A stretch of 64,000 nt of DNA, taken from Felis catus. Lineage: Eukaryota. Both the position numbers and the translations under genes were made by a program. The stretch is taken from positions 45,944,001 through 46,008,000 of the forward strand of contig NC_058368.1 in assembly GCF_018350175.1 (NCBI RefSeq), given 5' to 3'. How positions within the stretch are numbered: position 1 is the first letter of the stretch; each line of letters begins with the position of its first letter. The notes below the pieces were generated by a model, which saw nothing but the letters and a program-made list of their open reading frames with translations, did no database searches and was not told the origin of the DNA. This document shows positions 52,091 to 64,000 of this stretch, piece after piece.

Positions 52091-52309
52091 TTTTTAAATT
52101 TTTTTAACATTTATTTATTATTGAGAGACAGAGAGACACAGAGCATGGGCAGGGGAGGGGTAGAGAGAGGGGGAGACACAGAATCTGAAATAGGCTCCAG
52201 GCTCTGAGCTGTCAGCACAGAGCCCGACATGGGGCTCGAACTCACAAACTGTGAGATCATGGCCTGAGCTGAAGTTGGTCACCCAACCAACTGAGCCACC
52301 CAGGTGCCC
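52091..52309 (-). mobile_element. CAN-SINE
   Basis: TSD TGAAATACTTAAAAA at 52073 and 52310. Confidence 0.95.
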
Positions 52310-52599
52310 TGAAATACTTAAAAACAATTTTAAGTATTGCAGATAACCACTGGATTTTCTTTAAGATTAGATTTCTTAACTGTTTTCCACCTCCCTGATT
52401 CAATACTATTCCCAATTCACTGTGTGAAACAAACTGATGGATACTAATGGCACAGTGGACCCTTTTTGGGTCAGTCACTCCCTAGTTTACACACACAATT
52501 CTGCTGTCAATGTCAAGTAGCGAGTTCAATATTTGGCTGTATTTGTCCTTGAAGGTATAACAATTAATCACTATATAAACAGCCACAACAATAAATAAG

Positions 52600-52920
52600 A
52601 GAAAAAGAAAACATATGTTTTTATTTTTATGGAAAGTATGTTGAGTGCTCTGGATTAATCAAAAAAAAAGTTTTCTAAAGCAATTGGACTTGAATTAGGT
52701 GTAGACGAGCTAATTGTAAAAAATTGGAAGTTGCCGTAAATCGTCTCATTACAGTGCTTTGCAGGTACACTTAAGTTACTGCTTCACTTGAAATAAATGG
52801 AAACTGGAAATCTAAGGTGATGAATTATGGGTAACTTCTGTGCATGAAAGATGACAAGGAAATCCAATCAACAGACTTTTACTAAAATAAAATACCTCAG
52901 CCTTAGATTAAAGATAGACA
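52600..52920 (+). mobile_element. Ancient Tigger-type transposase N-terminal (CENP-B-like HTH) remnant
   Basis: 'gcaattggacttgaattaggtgtagacgagctaattgtaaaaaattgg' = AIGLELGVDELIVKNW (cf. IAVELGVGETTVKDW); downstream decayed KLEI..D.LW...VHER..GNPI..LLK pattern. Confidence 0.6.
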
Positions 52921-53593
52921 CAAGGATTAACATTCATGTTTTTAGTAAATATAAAATATATAAGTTGTTAATATATGATTTTTTGACATAACCAAAAATG
53001 TTGATGAAAGACCCAATACTGGCTCAATACTGGTTCTATTGATATAAGCCATTAAAGGGTTTTTGTTGTTGTTGTTGTTGTTGTTTTATTATTTGGTGCT
53101 TGGGTCAATGGGAAACTTTGCAAAGACTGAGACAAGTAGACAACAAAATTTGGGGGGGAGGGTTGTATATTTTTAGCATTTTACGAATGACTCCTTCACC
53201 ATTATTTGCAGTAAAAGGTTCATGAAGATAAATTTCTATCCTTAATTCAGAGTGTAACCATATGCCAACAACTTGGGCAACACCAGAAAGCTAGGTTCAA
53301 GCCTAGACTTAAGGAATCAAATCTGCCTTTTAAAAGACCCCCAGGTGATCTGTCTTCTGTTAAAGTTTGAAAAATACTGATCTAGAGTTTCTTGAGCGAG
53401 CATAAATAACTGATAGCATTTCAGTTATAAAAGGACAATTTTAAAAGATGTGAAGGCTAGATTGGGATAACGACTCTATGCAAACATAATTAATGCATGT
53501 TGTGTAAGTTGTATGAGACCACGGTGACTGTGATTCTACAGAAAAAGGTGAATTGTAAGGAAAAAAATGATTTTCAGAGTTTGTCTGTGGGCT

Positions 53594-53597
<4 letters not shown>

Positions 53598-53637
<40 letters not shown>
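53598..53637. repeat. (TA)n microsatellite
   Basis: Seen directly. Confidence 0.95.
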
Positions 53638-53639
<2 letters not shown>

Positions 53640-54499
53640 GAAAATCGTAATTGAGGGTAAATATTGGTAAAGATATTAAGTTGTTGGTAATTTTCCTGCT
53701 TTTTGGAGCATTGATTTGAATATACAGTATGGTCACAATATAATATGTGCCTATTTATTTGTTGAAATAATAGAAGTACAATTGCAATATTTATTTGCAA
53801 CAGAAACATTAATATTTAAAGCCATTGTTTGCCTCTGTCTCCTGCTGATAACTGTTTTCCTTAAAAGCACTACAAAAGACATTCTGAACAGATGGTGGCT
53901 GGTTTTCTCTATCCTGCATCCCTTCACAACTGCCACTGAGCCTCACCATTCATTAATCTTCCATAGACTTCCAGTAGCACAGCAACTAAATTACACACAT
54001 GCACACACTGAGGCCAGCATTTCTGTCAGGCTTAAAATTAAACTGAAGAGCACTGTGCCAAGTCTTTTAACCAAACTTCACTATAAAACAGTTTGAAAAA
54101 TAAACATTTAACTTGGAGGCTGACCCAGGAATAGCCAATCTTCAATGGGAAATTCTGGCCGGTCATTCCATCTTAGACATTCTCTACCGTGTGTATCAGA
54201 GATTTTAGAGTGGAATTAAATCCTTAAAACATCTGGTCTGAATTCACCTGGACTTGTAACTGTCTTAAAATGAGCTATTTCTTTGATCTTTGAAATAAGA
54301 AAAAAAATTACGAACGACGTTTTCATCCAAGTTATCAGTTGCTGATAAGAGCAAATACAATAATACTACATATTTTTAAATTAGTCCAGACTACATATTT
54401 TGTAACAAATGAAGTGGGCTTATCAAATGTTCAAAACACTCTCTATTTCCTTATAAAGATAAATAATGCATACTTCCCAAGCACTGTTGTTTGGGGTAA

Positions 54500-54524
54500 T
54501 TTTTTTTTAATGTTTATTTATTTT

Positions 54525-54561
<37 letters not shown>

Positions 54562-54726
54562 CGCGCGCTTTATGTGGGGGAGGGGCACACAGAGAGAGGG
54601 AGACACAGAATCCTACACTAATAGTGCAGAGCCTGACCCGGGACTCCAGCTCATGAACTGCAAGGCCGTGACCTGAGCTGAAATCAAGAGTCGGTCCCTT
54701 AACCGACTGAGCCACCCAAGTGCCCC
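54500..54726 (-). mobile_element. CAN-SINE
   Basis: Antisense SINE with (GA)n; flanked by ttggggtaatttt / ttgggtaatttt. Confidence 0.94.
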
Positions 54727-54740
54727 TTGGGTAATTTTCT

Positions 54741-54997
54741 TAAAAATATAATTTATTGTCAAGTTGGCTACCATACGGTGTATACAGTGTGCTCTTGGTT
54801 TTGGGGGCAGATTCCCATGATTCATCGCTTACATACAACACCCAATGCTCATCCCAACAAGTGCCCTCCTCAATGCCCATCACATTCTCCCCTCCTCCCC
54901 CCACCCCGCCATCAACCCTCAGTTTGTTCTCTATATTTAAGTTTCTCTTATGGTTTGCTTCCTCCCTCTCTGTAACTATTATTTTCCCCTTCCCCTA
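54741..54997 (-). mobile_element. Felid/carnivore L1 3' end, severely 5'-truncated
   Basis: 'aatttattgtcaagttggct...gattcatcgcttacatacaacacccaatgctcatcccaacaagtgccctcctcaatgcccatcac...catcaaccctcagtttgttctc'. Confidence 0.9.
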
Positions 54998-55019
54998 ACA
55001 CTAACCCTTGGGCAATTTT

Positions 55020-55750
55020 TTTTTAAATTTATGTAGTTTCAAATTTAGAGAAAAGTTGTAAAGAGTAGTACAGAGTTTCTGCTCTTTATCCAGATTCACT
55101 TAAATGTTTACATTTTACTCCAATTGCCTTATTATTTCTTTGTATTTTTTAATATATGTGTTTTAATTTTTGATACTATTTGATTGGAACTTTGTTCCAT
55201 AAGTTGGAACCGTGGTGTCCTATATTCCTAAGTTCTCCCGCATATATTTCCTAAGACCAAGGAAATTTTTTTACTTGACCATAGTATAATCATCAAAATT
55301 AGGAAATATAACATTAATACAATGCTTTGTCTAACCTTGACTCCACATTAAATATTATGTCCTCAGTTTGTGAAAATGATGTCCTTTAGAAGTGTATTTT
55401 TCTGCTGATTTAAGATCAGATTCAGCATCTCACATTGCATTTATTGTCATGTGTCTGGTTTCGTTCACTCTGGAAGAGTTTCTCAGTTGTTCAACATTCA
55501 TGACCTTGACACTCTTAAAGATTACAGGCAGTTATGTCACAGAATATCCCCCAATTTGGGTTTGTGTAATATTTCGTCATTCGGGTTATGAATTTGGGGG
55601 CAAGAATACCACATAAGTGACAAAGTGTCCTGAGTGTATCACATCCATGGACACATGGTGGTGATTTTTCCTATTAGTGATGATGTTAATAACTTTGATC
55701 ACTTGGTTAAGGTTGTGTCCACCAATTTTCTTTGTTGAAATGTTAAGGTT
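55020..55750 (-). mobile_element. Old L1 (L1MC/L1ME) 3'UTR
   Basis: 'ttcaaatttagagaaaagttgtaaagagtagtacagag...cacattgcatttattgtcatgtgtct...ttggggcaagaataccaca...aactttgatcacttggttaagg'. Confidence 0.8.
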
Positions 55751-57666
55751 TTTTTTCTTTTTGTGATTAATTCCAGGCACCTTTTGAAACATATTTAAAA
55801 TGACATTGAAAAGAGTGAGAAAATTGCCATCATGTTTAAAAAACACCAACCTTTGATAATGATGTCCAGGGTATAGGCATTTTATTTTCACATAAAGTAT
55901 GCTCAATTGTGCTACAATATAAAAATCAAATATTATACATGTCAACATTTTTTTTTGACTGTGAGCTTGTTTTAAAGTCAAATGACTTGAATTATGAAAG
56001 GGTATCAATAGTTTGAAATTAAATAAAACTTTCATATCATCTTATATTTTGGGACCACTTCTAAAAAACCATAATGTTTTTGATGTAAGGTGAAAAAAAA
56101 AAAAACAAGCCCTTAAACAAATAAACAAATCTGTTGTCTTCTTCTTAGAAAATAGAGTTTAAATATGAATCAGAGGAATGTTTGACTATTTTAATTGTTA
56201 GGCTCACACACAAATTTGAGATTTTAATTTAGAGCCAAAGTTATCTTTTCATTGCACCAGCTTTTGAAGAAAATTAGCATTAAGTATAATCTCATAATTA
56301 TGGAGATTTCTACACTAGAGCTAAAAAGCTCAGGATATTATGTGTTGACATTCCTCCACTGCTCTTTATATATTTTGTTCAGTACATATTAACTGTAAAT
56401 CTGTTGTAAAATCATGTTAAATAGTTGTCTTATCAGGCATATGGCTTTAAATATTCAAAATATTATATTCTTCACATTAATCTAAGCATTTTTTTCCTGT
56501 AGGAATGGATTTCATGGTTCTTAATAGAAAGGAGCAGGTAAATTAACATTTATTAAGTATCTATTTAGCATCAGTCTCTGCGTTAAAGGCTTTGTATGTT
56601 ACAAATATGTTTAAACGTTACTTGTGGGAAATCATGAATACATTTGAAACTAAAGCAATAGGTGTGTTAGCTTGCACATAAGTTATTTTCTAAGCTGATT
56701 TCACTCCGTATGGTTACATGTTAGAGAACTAGTGGGGGAAGCTCAAAAAAATCAACTCAGATAAGGAAGAGAATAGGTTGTTTTTAAGGAAAAAATAATT
56801 TTAAATCAGAGAGGAAGTGGTTATGAGAACAGCACAATATGTGCCCAGATATCAGACAGAGTCATGGCTATGTTTCAGGTAAGGATGCTCAGAAAAGGAT
56901 GGATGAAAACGGAAAGAGCTATTTCACAGAAACCTTTTAGACACTGAGGATGTTAAGTACCTCAGCAGCCCTTATAGCAGCAAAAAGTGAAAATGAGGAC
57001 ATTTGCACAGGCTTGAACATTTTGGAAATGGGTTGTGGACAGCCAAGGAACAGATAATCATTAGCACTCTGGTGGTACCTTGAGAAAAAATGCCTCAACA
57101 GAATTCTTCAGTGCTCTCTGCAATGGTTAGCTCCATTCACTTAGTCCATAAAGATATTAGGGACACAATCACATGGCAGGCACTACTCTAGGCCCTGAAG
57201 TTACAGCATTGAAAACAACCACTAAGAAGAGATAGTACGTTTTGATTATTTATTACAAAGTTCAGAGTAGAACAACACTAAAGGCTGATTGTGCATTTAT
57301 TGGATAAATAGCATGTGAACATGGTTTAATAACCCATGTGTCTGGCTGTAAGCTGATGGAGTAGGGAGCCGGCATTATCAAATATAAATTGTAAAAATCC
57401 ATAACCTAAAGTTATTTGAGATTTACTGAATGCACATATATATACACATCAATAGATACTGATTTTAAAAAAGGGTAGGCCATGTTTTGTGCAAACCCAA
57501 TTGGCAAAAATGCCATCCCTAAAATTTACAAACTAAAGATAAAAAAGCAAAAACTATAAATTGATCTTTCTATGGGATTTCCAACTTCATACCAAATGGC
57601 TCTATCTTGAGGCAAAGAACGCACATTCAACAGCAATATCATGTAATAGTTTAGAGTGTCACTCAG

Positions 57667-58140
57667 TGTATTAGTTCCCTATTGCTGCTGTAACAAACTG
57701 CCACAAACCTAGTGGCTCAAACTAATGCAAATTTATGATCTTATAGTTCTGGAATGGATCTCACTGGGCTAAAATCAAGGTATTGGCAAGGTTGTGTTCC
57801 TTTCTGGAAGCTCTAGGGACAATTCAATTTCTTTCCCAGCTTCTAGACCTGTGGTATTCTTTGTATTCTTTGACATGTGGTTCCCTTTCATCTTCAAAGT
57901 TGGCAATGGCCTGTTGAGTCTTTCTCTCACTGCATCACTTGGACCCTCTACTTTAACCTCCCCTTTAAGAACCCTGTGATTACATTGGCCACACAGGATA
58001 TTCACCCTCTCTCAAGATCTGGTGATTTGCAATCTTAATTGTACCTGCTCTTTTATTCCTTTTGCCATGAAACAAGTTCTGGGGATTAGGACGTGAACAT
58101 CTTTGGATTGGGGTAGGGAACCATTGCTCTGCCTATCACA
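57667..58140 (-). mobile_element. MaLR solo LTR (MLT1D-like)
   Basis: 'tgtattagttccctattgctgctgtaacaaactgccacaaacctagtggctc...gggctaaaatcaaggtattggcaagg...ctgcctatcaca'. Confidence 0.88.
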
Positions 58141-58467
58141 CATATTTTGCTTAGTTGGAACAGAGAGACTTCTGATTTGCCAAGACACTCAGAATGAAAA
58201 CTTCATTCTGCCACTTAAAAAAAAAAAACAAATTATCTCTTCTTTTGTTGTTTTCTAAATTGATTACTTACATATCAACATTATAAAATTTTACAGTGTC
58301 TGTAGAGTTCCTTTCAGGATTCCTACAGATTTTATTTTCCTTTGGAACAGAATTACATTCAAATAAAGTAGAACCCTATGGAAAATTTTGCTTATCCCAA
58401 CAAAAAATGTCACAATTATGCATTAATAAATCCTGAGTCAATTGCAGGTTAATAGATGATATACAAA

Positions 58468-58818
58468 TGTTATTCAAGCTGCTATATAACAGAATACCTT
58501 AGTTGGGAGAGCTTACTTTTCACTAATCTGGAGGCTGGGAAGTCAAAGCAAGGTGCCAGCAGATTCAGTATGTGATGAGAGTCCACTTCTGTTTCATAGA
58601 CAGTCATAATTTTGCGGTGTCCTCACATGAAATAAAGTGTGTGGGTGCTCATGGGGTCTCTTTTATAAGAGCATGAATCCCATTCATGAGGGCTCCTCCT
58701 CATGAGCTAATCACCTCCCAAAGGACACACGTCCAAATACTAACATTTTGGGAATTAGGTTTCTACACATGAATATGGTGGGTAGGGAGAGAGGGAGGAG
58801 TACATTCAGTCTAAAGCA
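58468..58818 (-). mobile_element. MaLR solo LTR (MLT1A-like)
   Basis: 'ctggaggctgggaagtc...aaggtgccagcagattcag...aatcccattcatgagggctcc...taatcacctcccaaagg...acattcagtctaaagca'. Confidence 0.88.
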
Positions 58819-59077
58819 GCAAAGCATATTAAATATTTTCCTAAAACTGGCATGTTTCTATATTTATAATTAAGATGTTAAGTTGGACATTGCACAAAAT
58901 ATTAACTCCAAATATTGTAGTAAGTCCATAGTGTATCCCATTATTTATTCACATTCTTAGAAGCTGGGAGATGGGGCAAGGGAAATTGTCTATGATCTCT
59001 TGGTTACTGTGGTTCCTGCCTCAAGTTTCAACTAAAGAAGTGTAGTTTGAAAGTTTCATTCTGTATTTTATATATGT

Positions 59078-59122
59078 AATAAATATAAATATAAATATAA
59101 ATATAAATATAAATATAAATAA
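59078..59122. repeat. (TAAATA)n hexanucleotide repeat
   Basis: Seen directly. Confidence 0.9.
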
Positions 59123-59339
59123 TTATTCTGTATTATATATATGCACACATACATATATACTTTACTGAAGATTGAGCAGGGAAGAATAACTAACATTAAT
59201 ATATTTAATAATCTATCAGAACTCTTGGTTTATAGCATGGGATTGATAACTACCCTTACAATGTATTAAAAATCTAAAAGATCATTACATTGATAAAGTA
59301 ATGTGATTTTCAGTTGATCAGAAGATAGTATGCTACAAT

Positions 59340-59735
59340 GATTGCCTTTGGAGCAAGACAGATCCGGTCTGACTTCCAGCTCTGATTTTTACAGATCTAC
59401 AAATGGCTCCGGCCCTTCCCATCCATAGTGTCCAACTGCCTTTTGGGAAACTCTGGCCCTGCTCAGGATATGTCCTTTGGTGGGTAGTTCTTGACAGCTG
59501 TAATGCATATATCCATGGCCCAATTGCCAATTAAATGACCCATATTGAGTGGTACAGCAGGCTGGCCTATGAGAATCATGGGCCACTGGAGCGTCTACCC
59601 CGACAGGTTCTGACTGATTGGAGTGATCTGCAGTAAGTTTTCCTCATGTGTAAAATGGGAATACCTAGGTTGTATGGGTTTTCTGAGGAACAAATCAAAT
59701 GGCTCGTGAAAAATGACTAGCAAATACATAATTCC
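59340..59735 (+). mobile_element. MIR split by a ~240-bp insert
   Basis: 'ctttggagcaagacagatccggtctgacttccagctctg' then 'agttttcctcatgtgtaaaatgggaatac...ttctgaggaacaaatcaa' after ~59630. Confidence 0.6.
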
Positions 59736-60001
59736 TGCTCTAAAGTCTATCTCTTCTTTGTCAAAAGGTTGCGGGCACTGTTTTTTGTTCTTGTTCCCGA
59801 ATAACCCGATAATACTGTTTTTCTTGTTGCAAACCATTCAACTCTGAACCCAATGTTTTATTCATCATTCTTGAAAAAAACTTGAAATAATTTAAATTTT
59901 GCTGTTATCTATAAAGAGAGCAGTTGCAAATAGTATAAATATTAGTTGTAAATAGTCTAAAATCATACAAACTTTTGGAGCCAGAAGGCAGAGAGACTTG
60001 C

Positions 60002-60207
60002 TTTTTTTTTTAATGTTTATTTATTTATTTTTGAGAGAGAGAGTGCATGAGCAGGGAAGGGGCAGAGAGAGAAGGAGAGACTCCCAGGCAGGCTCCATGC
60101 TGTCAGCTCAGAGCTGAGTTGGGGTTTGATCTCATGAACCAGGAGATCATGACCTGAGCCAAAATAAAGAGCCTGCCACTTAACCGACTGTGCCATCCAG
60201 GAGCCCC
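60002..60207 (-). mobile_element. CAN-SINE
   Basis: Antisense SINE flanked by cagagagact repeats (~59990 and ~60210). Confidence 0.93.
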
Positions 60208-62049
60208 CACAGAGAGACTGTTCATTGGGAACACTACTGTTATTGTTATTTATTTTTTTATACACACCTGCTGTGAAACTCGTGATTTGCCTACCCTGCC
60301 AACCTAACAGTCTCTGCTTACCTGACTAATGAAATTCCAGGAATCTCACAGATAAAGGCTGGGTCCAGATGGTTCAAAAGAATTCTTATGACAAATAGGC
60401 CTTTGGGATCCACAAACAGGACAATACACTCCCTAAAGTTATGAGATTCCTTGGGGGTTGTTCTTGACAGCTGCAATGCATGCATGCATGGGCTAAATAC
60501 GAATTAAATGACCCATATTGAGTGGTACAGAAAGACTGAGAGAAAGATCACACCCACTGAGCTCTTTTGGCATCTTACATAGTAAAATATCTTTAATCTT
60601 ACAAGATGCATTAGAATGTACCTAATAATATAACATAACTTTCAATGAAATTTTTTACCACAGTAAAGCGGGAATGATTCCTTTACCATGACAAAATGGA
60701 CTGGTCTAAAATAGTGATACTTTTTTATTTAAAATGATCTATCTGTTTATTATCATAAGTTTGACTCTTTGGGTCAATAACCTTCTTAGCATTATGAGTA
60801 ATGAATTACATTGTTCATGTGTATGTTTATGATACAACAACACTTTGTATAGTTCTTTCAGTTTTTAAGCAGCTAAACTACAAAGCTAATTTTTAAGTGC
60901 TATTTTGAATATAATTTTAGAACCTTATTTTTAGTTTGTCAAGTTAACTACTAAAATTACAGTATTTTAGTATGCAGGCAGGTCAGTGATAAAGACAGAA
61001 AGCACTGAAATTATACTTATCAATTCTAATTTAACAGCTATTAGTTTATTGTAGATGCAGGTACCCTATCAAGGAGAATCTCAATTTATTGGAAGTAACA
61101 GTGGAGTTTACAGATTTAGGAAAGCTTAGATTGAGAATTTGCAGAAAAAAGTAGCAGACAGTTCTGCATGCTTGGATCTACTTTATGCATTTCATACGCT
61201 ACCCTGCTTTAGGAATGACTTAATTGTTCTATCACCCAGAAACTCATGGGTATTATTTAAAAGAATCATACAATATGACCAGAAGAAAAATGAATATAAA
61301 TGAAATGTTATCTCACATAGAGCATATTGATATTACTATTCCTAGTCAAAATATACACATATATATAAAGGGATAGGCAGAAAGGCGGCATGAGTAAAAC
61401 ACATGCACTAACTTCTTAACCTTTAAGATCTAGTTTCGGTATTCAATTGAGTGTTAGAAGAAAAAACCATAGGCTACAAACTTCAAGAAATTGAAAATCA
61501 CATATTATAAAATTATACTGAAACCAAATGCCATTACCTATTTGACCAGAAATTAAAAGCAAGAGGCTAATTGTAAAAAAGACTAAAATCTGTTTAATTG
61601 TGGAAAAACGAAGAAAATTTAAAAGGCAAGTCAGGAATGCTCACCACACTGATCACACTCCAGGAGCCCAATGATTATCGCCATCAAGGCATTTTCAAAC
61701 AGTGCACAGTAATGGAAAACATTGCAGGCAAGTGACAAACTGAGATCAAGCCTGTAAACAAAGAGAAATACAACTTGAAGAAAAATGTGTTAGCAAAGGT
61801 TTTAATTATTCAAAAACCCTTAGAGGTGGTTAATCAAACCTAGAAAATATTACATTGTAAAGCACTAGCTGGAAAAATAAGTAGAATAATTGGGAACTTA
61901 TTATAGAACTTTTTGTCTATACCATCAACGTTAATGAAAATAATTACACTTTACTTAAGTAAATTTGCTTTGTAATATATTTACTTCTTAGCAATTGCTA
62001 AAAGAGGTGACTCGTTACATAGGGTTGCAAATTTAAATGAAACCTTCAA

Positions 62050-62269
62050 GGGGCTCCTGGGTGGCTTAGTTGATTAAGGGTCTGATTTTGGTTTAGGTCA
62101 TGATCTCAAGGTTTGTGAATTCGAGCCCTGTTGTCAGGCTCTACGCTGACAGCTCAGAGCGTGGAGCCTGCTTTGGATTCTGTGTCTCCCTCTTTCTCTG
62201 TCCCTCACCCTCTAGTGTTCTCTCTCTCTCAAAAATAAATAACATTAAAAGTTGTTTTAAATAAAAAAA
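62050..62269 (+). mobile_element. CAN-SINE
   Basis: 17-bp TSD TAAATGAAACCTTCAAG at 62034-62050 and 62270-62286. Confidence 0.96.
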
Positions 62270-62664
62270 TAAATGAAACCTTCAAGTTTAAGATTGGAAA
62301 ACAGCATGATGTGGGTTAAAATGCAAATGTGAGTCTATATTAATATATAATTTGGAATGCAAATAAATAGAATTCTTTTAGCTTTAAATATAAAGAAGTA
62401 TTTTAAGCTCAAAACTGAGATAATAAAATCTCATATGTGTGAGAAAGGGAGAAAGTTATTGCCCTCCTCCATCAATTTCTTTCATGGCTGTAGATCTTTT
62501 TAGAGAAATTTTTGTCTTTCTTGGAAATGAGCCAAATATATTTTGGAGAAGCAGTGTGGTGACTGATGTTGAAAAGTTATGCCCATCTTTCTTTCCCTTT
62601 TCACTTGTTTGCTATTTCCTTAATAAACCACTGTGTCCTGATTTTAAAAGATGGTTGGTATATA

Positions 62665-63754
62665 ATGTTTTATTTAATATAGTACTGGAAGTCCCAGCCA
62701 CAGAAGTTAGTGAACATAAAGAAATAAAGGGCACCCAATTGGTAAGGAAGAAGTAAAACTTTCATTATATGCAGATGACATGATACTAAATATAGAAAAC
62801 CCTAAAGTCTCCACCAAACAACTACTAGAACTGATAAATGAATTCGGTAAAATCGCAGGATACAAAATCAATCTGTTGCGTCCTTATACGCTAATAATGA
62901 CGCAGCAGAAAGTGAAATTAAGAAGACAATACCACTTGCAATTGCACCAAAAACAATAAAATATCTAGGAATAAATATAACCAAGGAGGTGAAAGACGCA
63001 TTCTCTGAAAACTATAAAACACCAATAAGGGGCATCTGGGTGGCTCAGTTGGTGAGCGTCCAACTCTTGATTTTGGCTCAGGTTATGATCTCACAGTTTG
63101 TGGATTCAAGCCCCATGTTGGTTTCTGCCCCGACAGTGAGGAGCCTACTTGGGATTCTCTCTCTCCCTCTCTCTGTCCCTCTCCCACTTGTGTGTGCACA
63201 TGCTCTCTCTCTCTCAAAATACATAAATGAACTAAAAAAATAAAAATAAAATACTGATGAAAGAAATTTAAGATGACTCAAAGAAATGGAAAGACCGTCC
63301 ATGCTCATAAGTTATATGAACAAATACTGTCAAAATGTCTATACTACCCAAAGCAATCTACGCAATGCAATTCTTATCGAAATACCAACCACATTTTTTT
63401 TTTACAGAACTAGAACAAACAATCCTAAAATGGGTATGGAACCACAAAGACCCTGAGTAGCCAAAGAAATCTTGAAAAAGAAAAAAAAATGGAGGTATCA
63501 ATATTCCAGATTTCAAGTTATACTACAAACTGGTAGTAATTAAAACAGTATGGTACTGGCATAAAAATAGATAGATCAATGGGATAGAACAAAAACTCAG
63601 AAATCAAGCCACAATTATACGGTAAATTAGTCTTGAACAAATTACGAATGAATATACAATGGGAAAATGATAGTCTCTTCAACAAGTGGTGTTGGGAAAA
63701 CTGGACAGCAACATGCAAAATAATGAAAGTGGACGATTTCTTTCACCATAACCA

Positions 63755-63785
<31 letters not shown>

Positions 63786-64000
63786 CAAAAAAAAAACAAA
63801 AAACCTCAAAGTAGATTAAAGACCTAAAAGTAAGACCTGAAACCATAAAAATCCTTGAAGAAAGCACATGCAGTAATGTCTCTGACAGCAACCATAGCAA
63901 CACTTTTCTAGATATTTGTATTGAGGCAAGGGAAACAATAGCAAAAATAAACTATTGGGACTGCATCAAATAAAAAGCTTCTGCACAGTGAAGGAAACAA
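62665..64000 (+). mobile_element. Carnivore L1, 5'-truncated, ORF2 RT region onward (runs off the window)
   Basis: 'tttaatatagtactggaagtccca' (FNIVLEVP), 'tatgcagatgacatg' (YADDM RT motif), ORF 63633-63827 SLFNKWCWENWTATCK; frameshifted. Confidence 0.95.
63029..63245 (+). mobile_element. CAN-SINE inserted in L1 ORF2
   Basis: SINE head at 63029; diverged TSD ataaaacaccaataa / ataaaatactgatga. Confidence 0.93.

Noticed and set aside
1..64000. CRISPR array, operon, defence system or intact retroviral/transposase gene
   Set aside because: Sequence is mammalian; there is no regularly spaced repeat-spacer array, and all TE coding remnants are disrupted.

Overview
Mammalian, AT-rich, repeat-dense non-coding DNA (intergenic or deep intronic), almost certainly from a cat (Felidae). 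This rests on about 18 tRNA-derived CAN-SINEs, three of them of a young CpG-intact felid type, plus carnivore L1 fragments. I find no intact protein-coding gene, tRNA/rRNA gene or convincing exon chain. The ORF track is mostly explained by repeats and microsatellites; the remaining short ORFs show no homology I recognise. Recognisable gene-derived sequence is limited to two processed pseudogenes: a 5'-truncated PCBP1 retrocopy (10132-10612, -) and a decayed HNRNPH3 retrocopy (22719-~23690, +). The rest is L1, L2, MIR, ERVL/MaLR, hAT-Charlie/MER5 and Tigger-type DNA transposon remains, often nested. Most worth following up: a complete-ended Tigger-like TIR element (6187-7043), a ~94-130 bp palindrome (centre 16169/16170), a repeat-free block with a TGGCA/CpG cluster (36.9-37.4 kb), a 973-bp-spaced direct repeat with a perfect 29-nt core (59.5/60.5 kb), an internally deleted L1, and serial retro-insertions at single target sites. 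I see no evidence for a novel multi-gene system. Repeat family names are from recall of consensus motifs, not a database search, and boundaries of old repeats are approximate.
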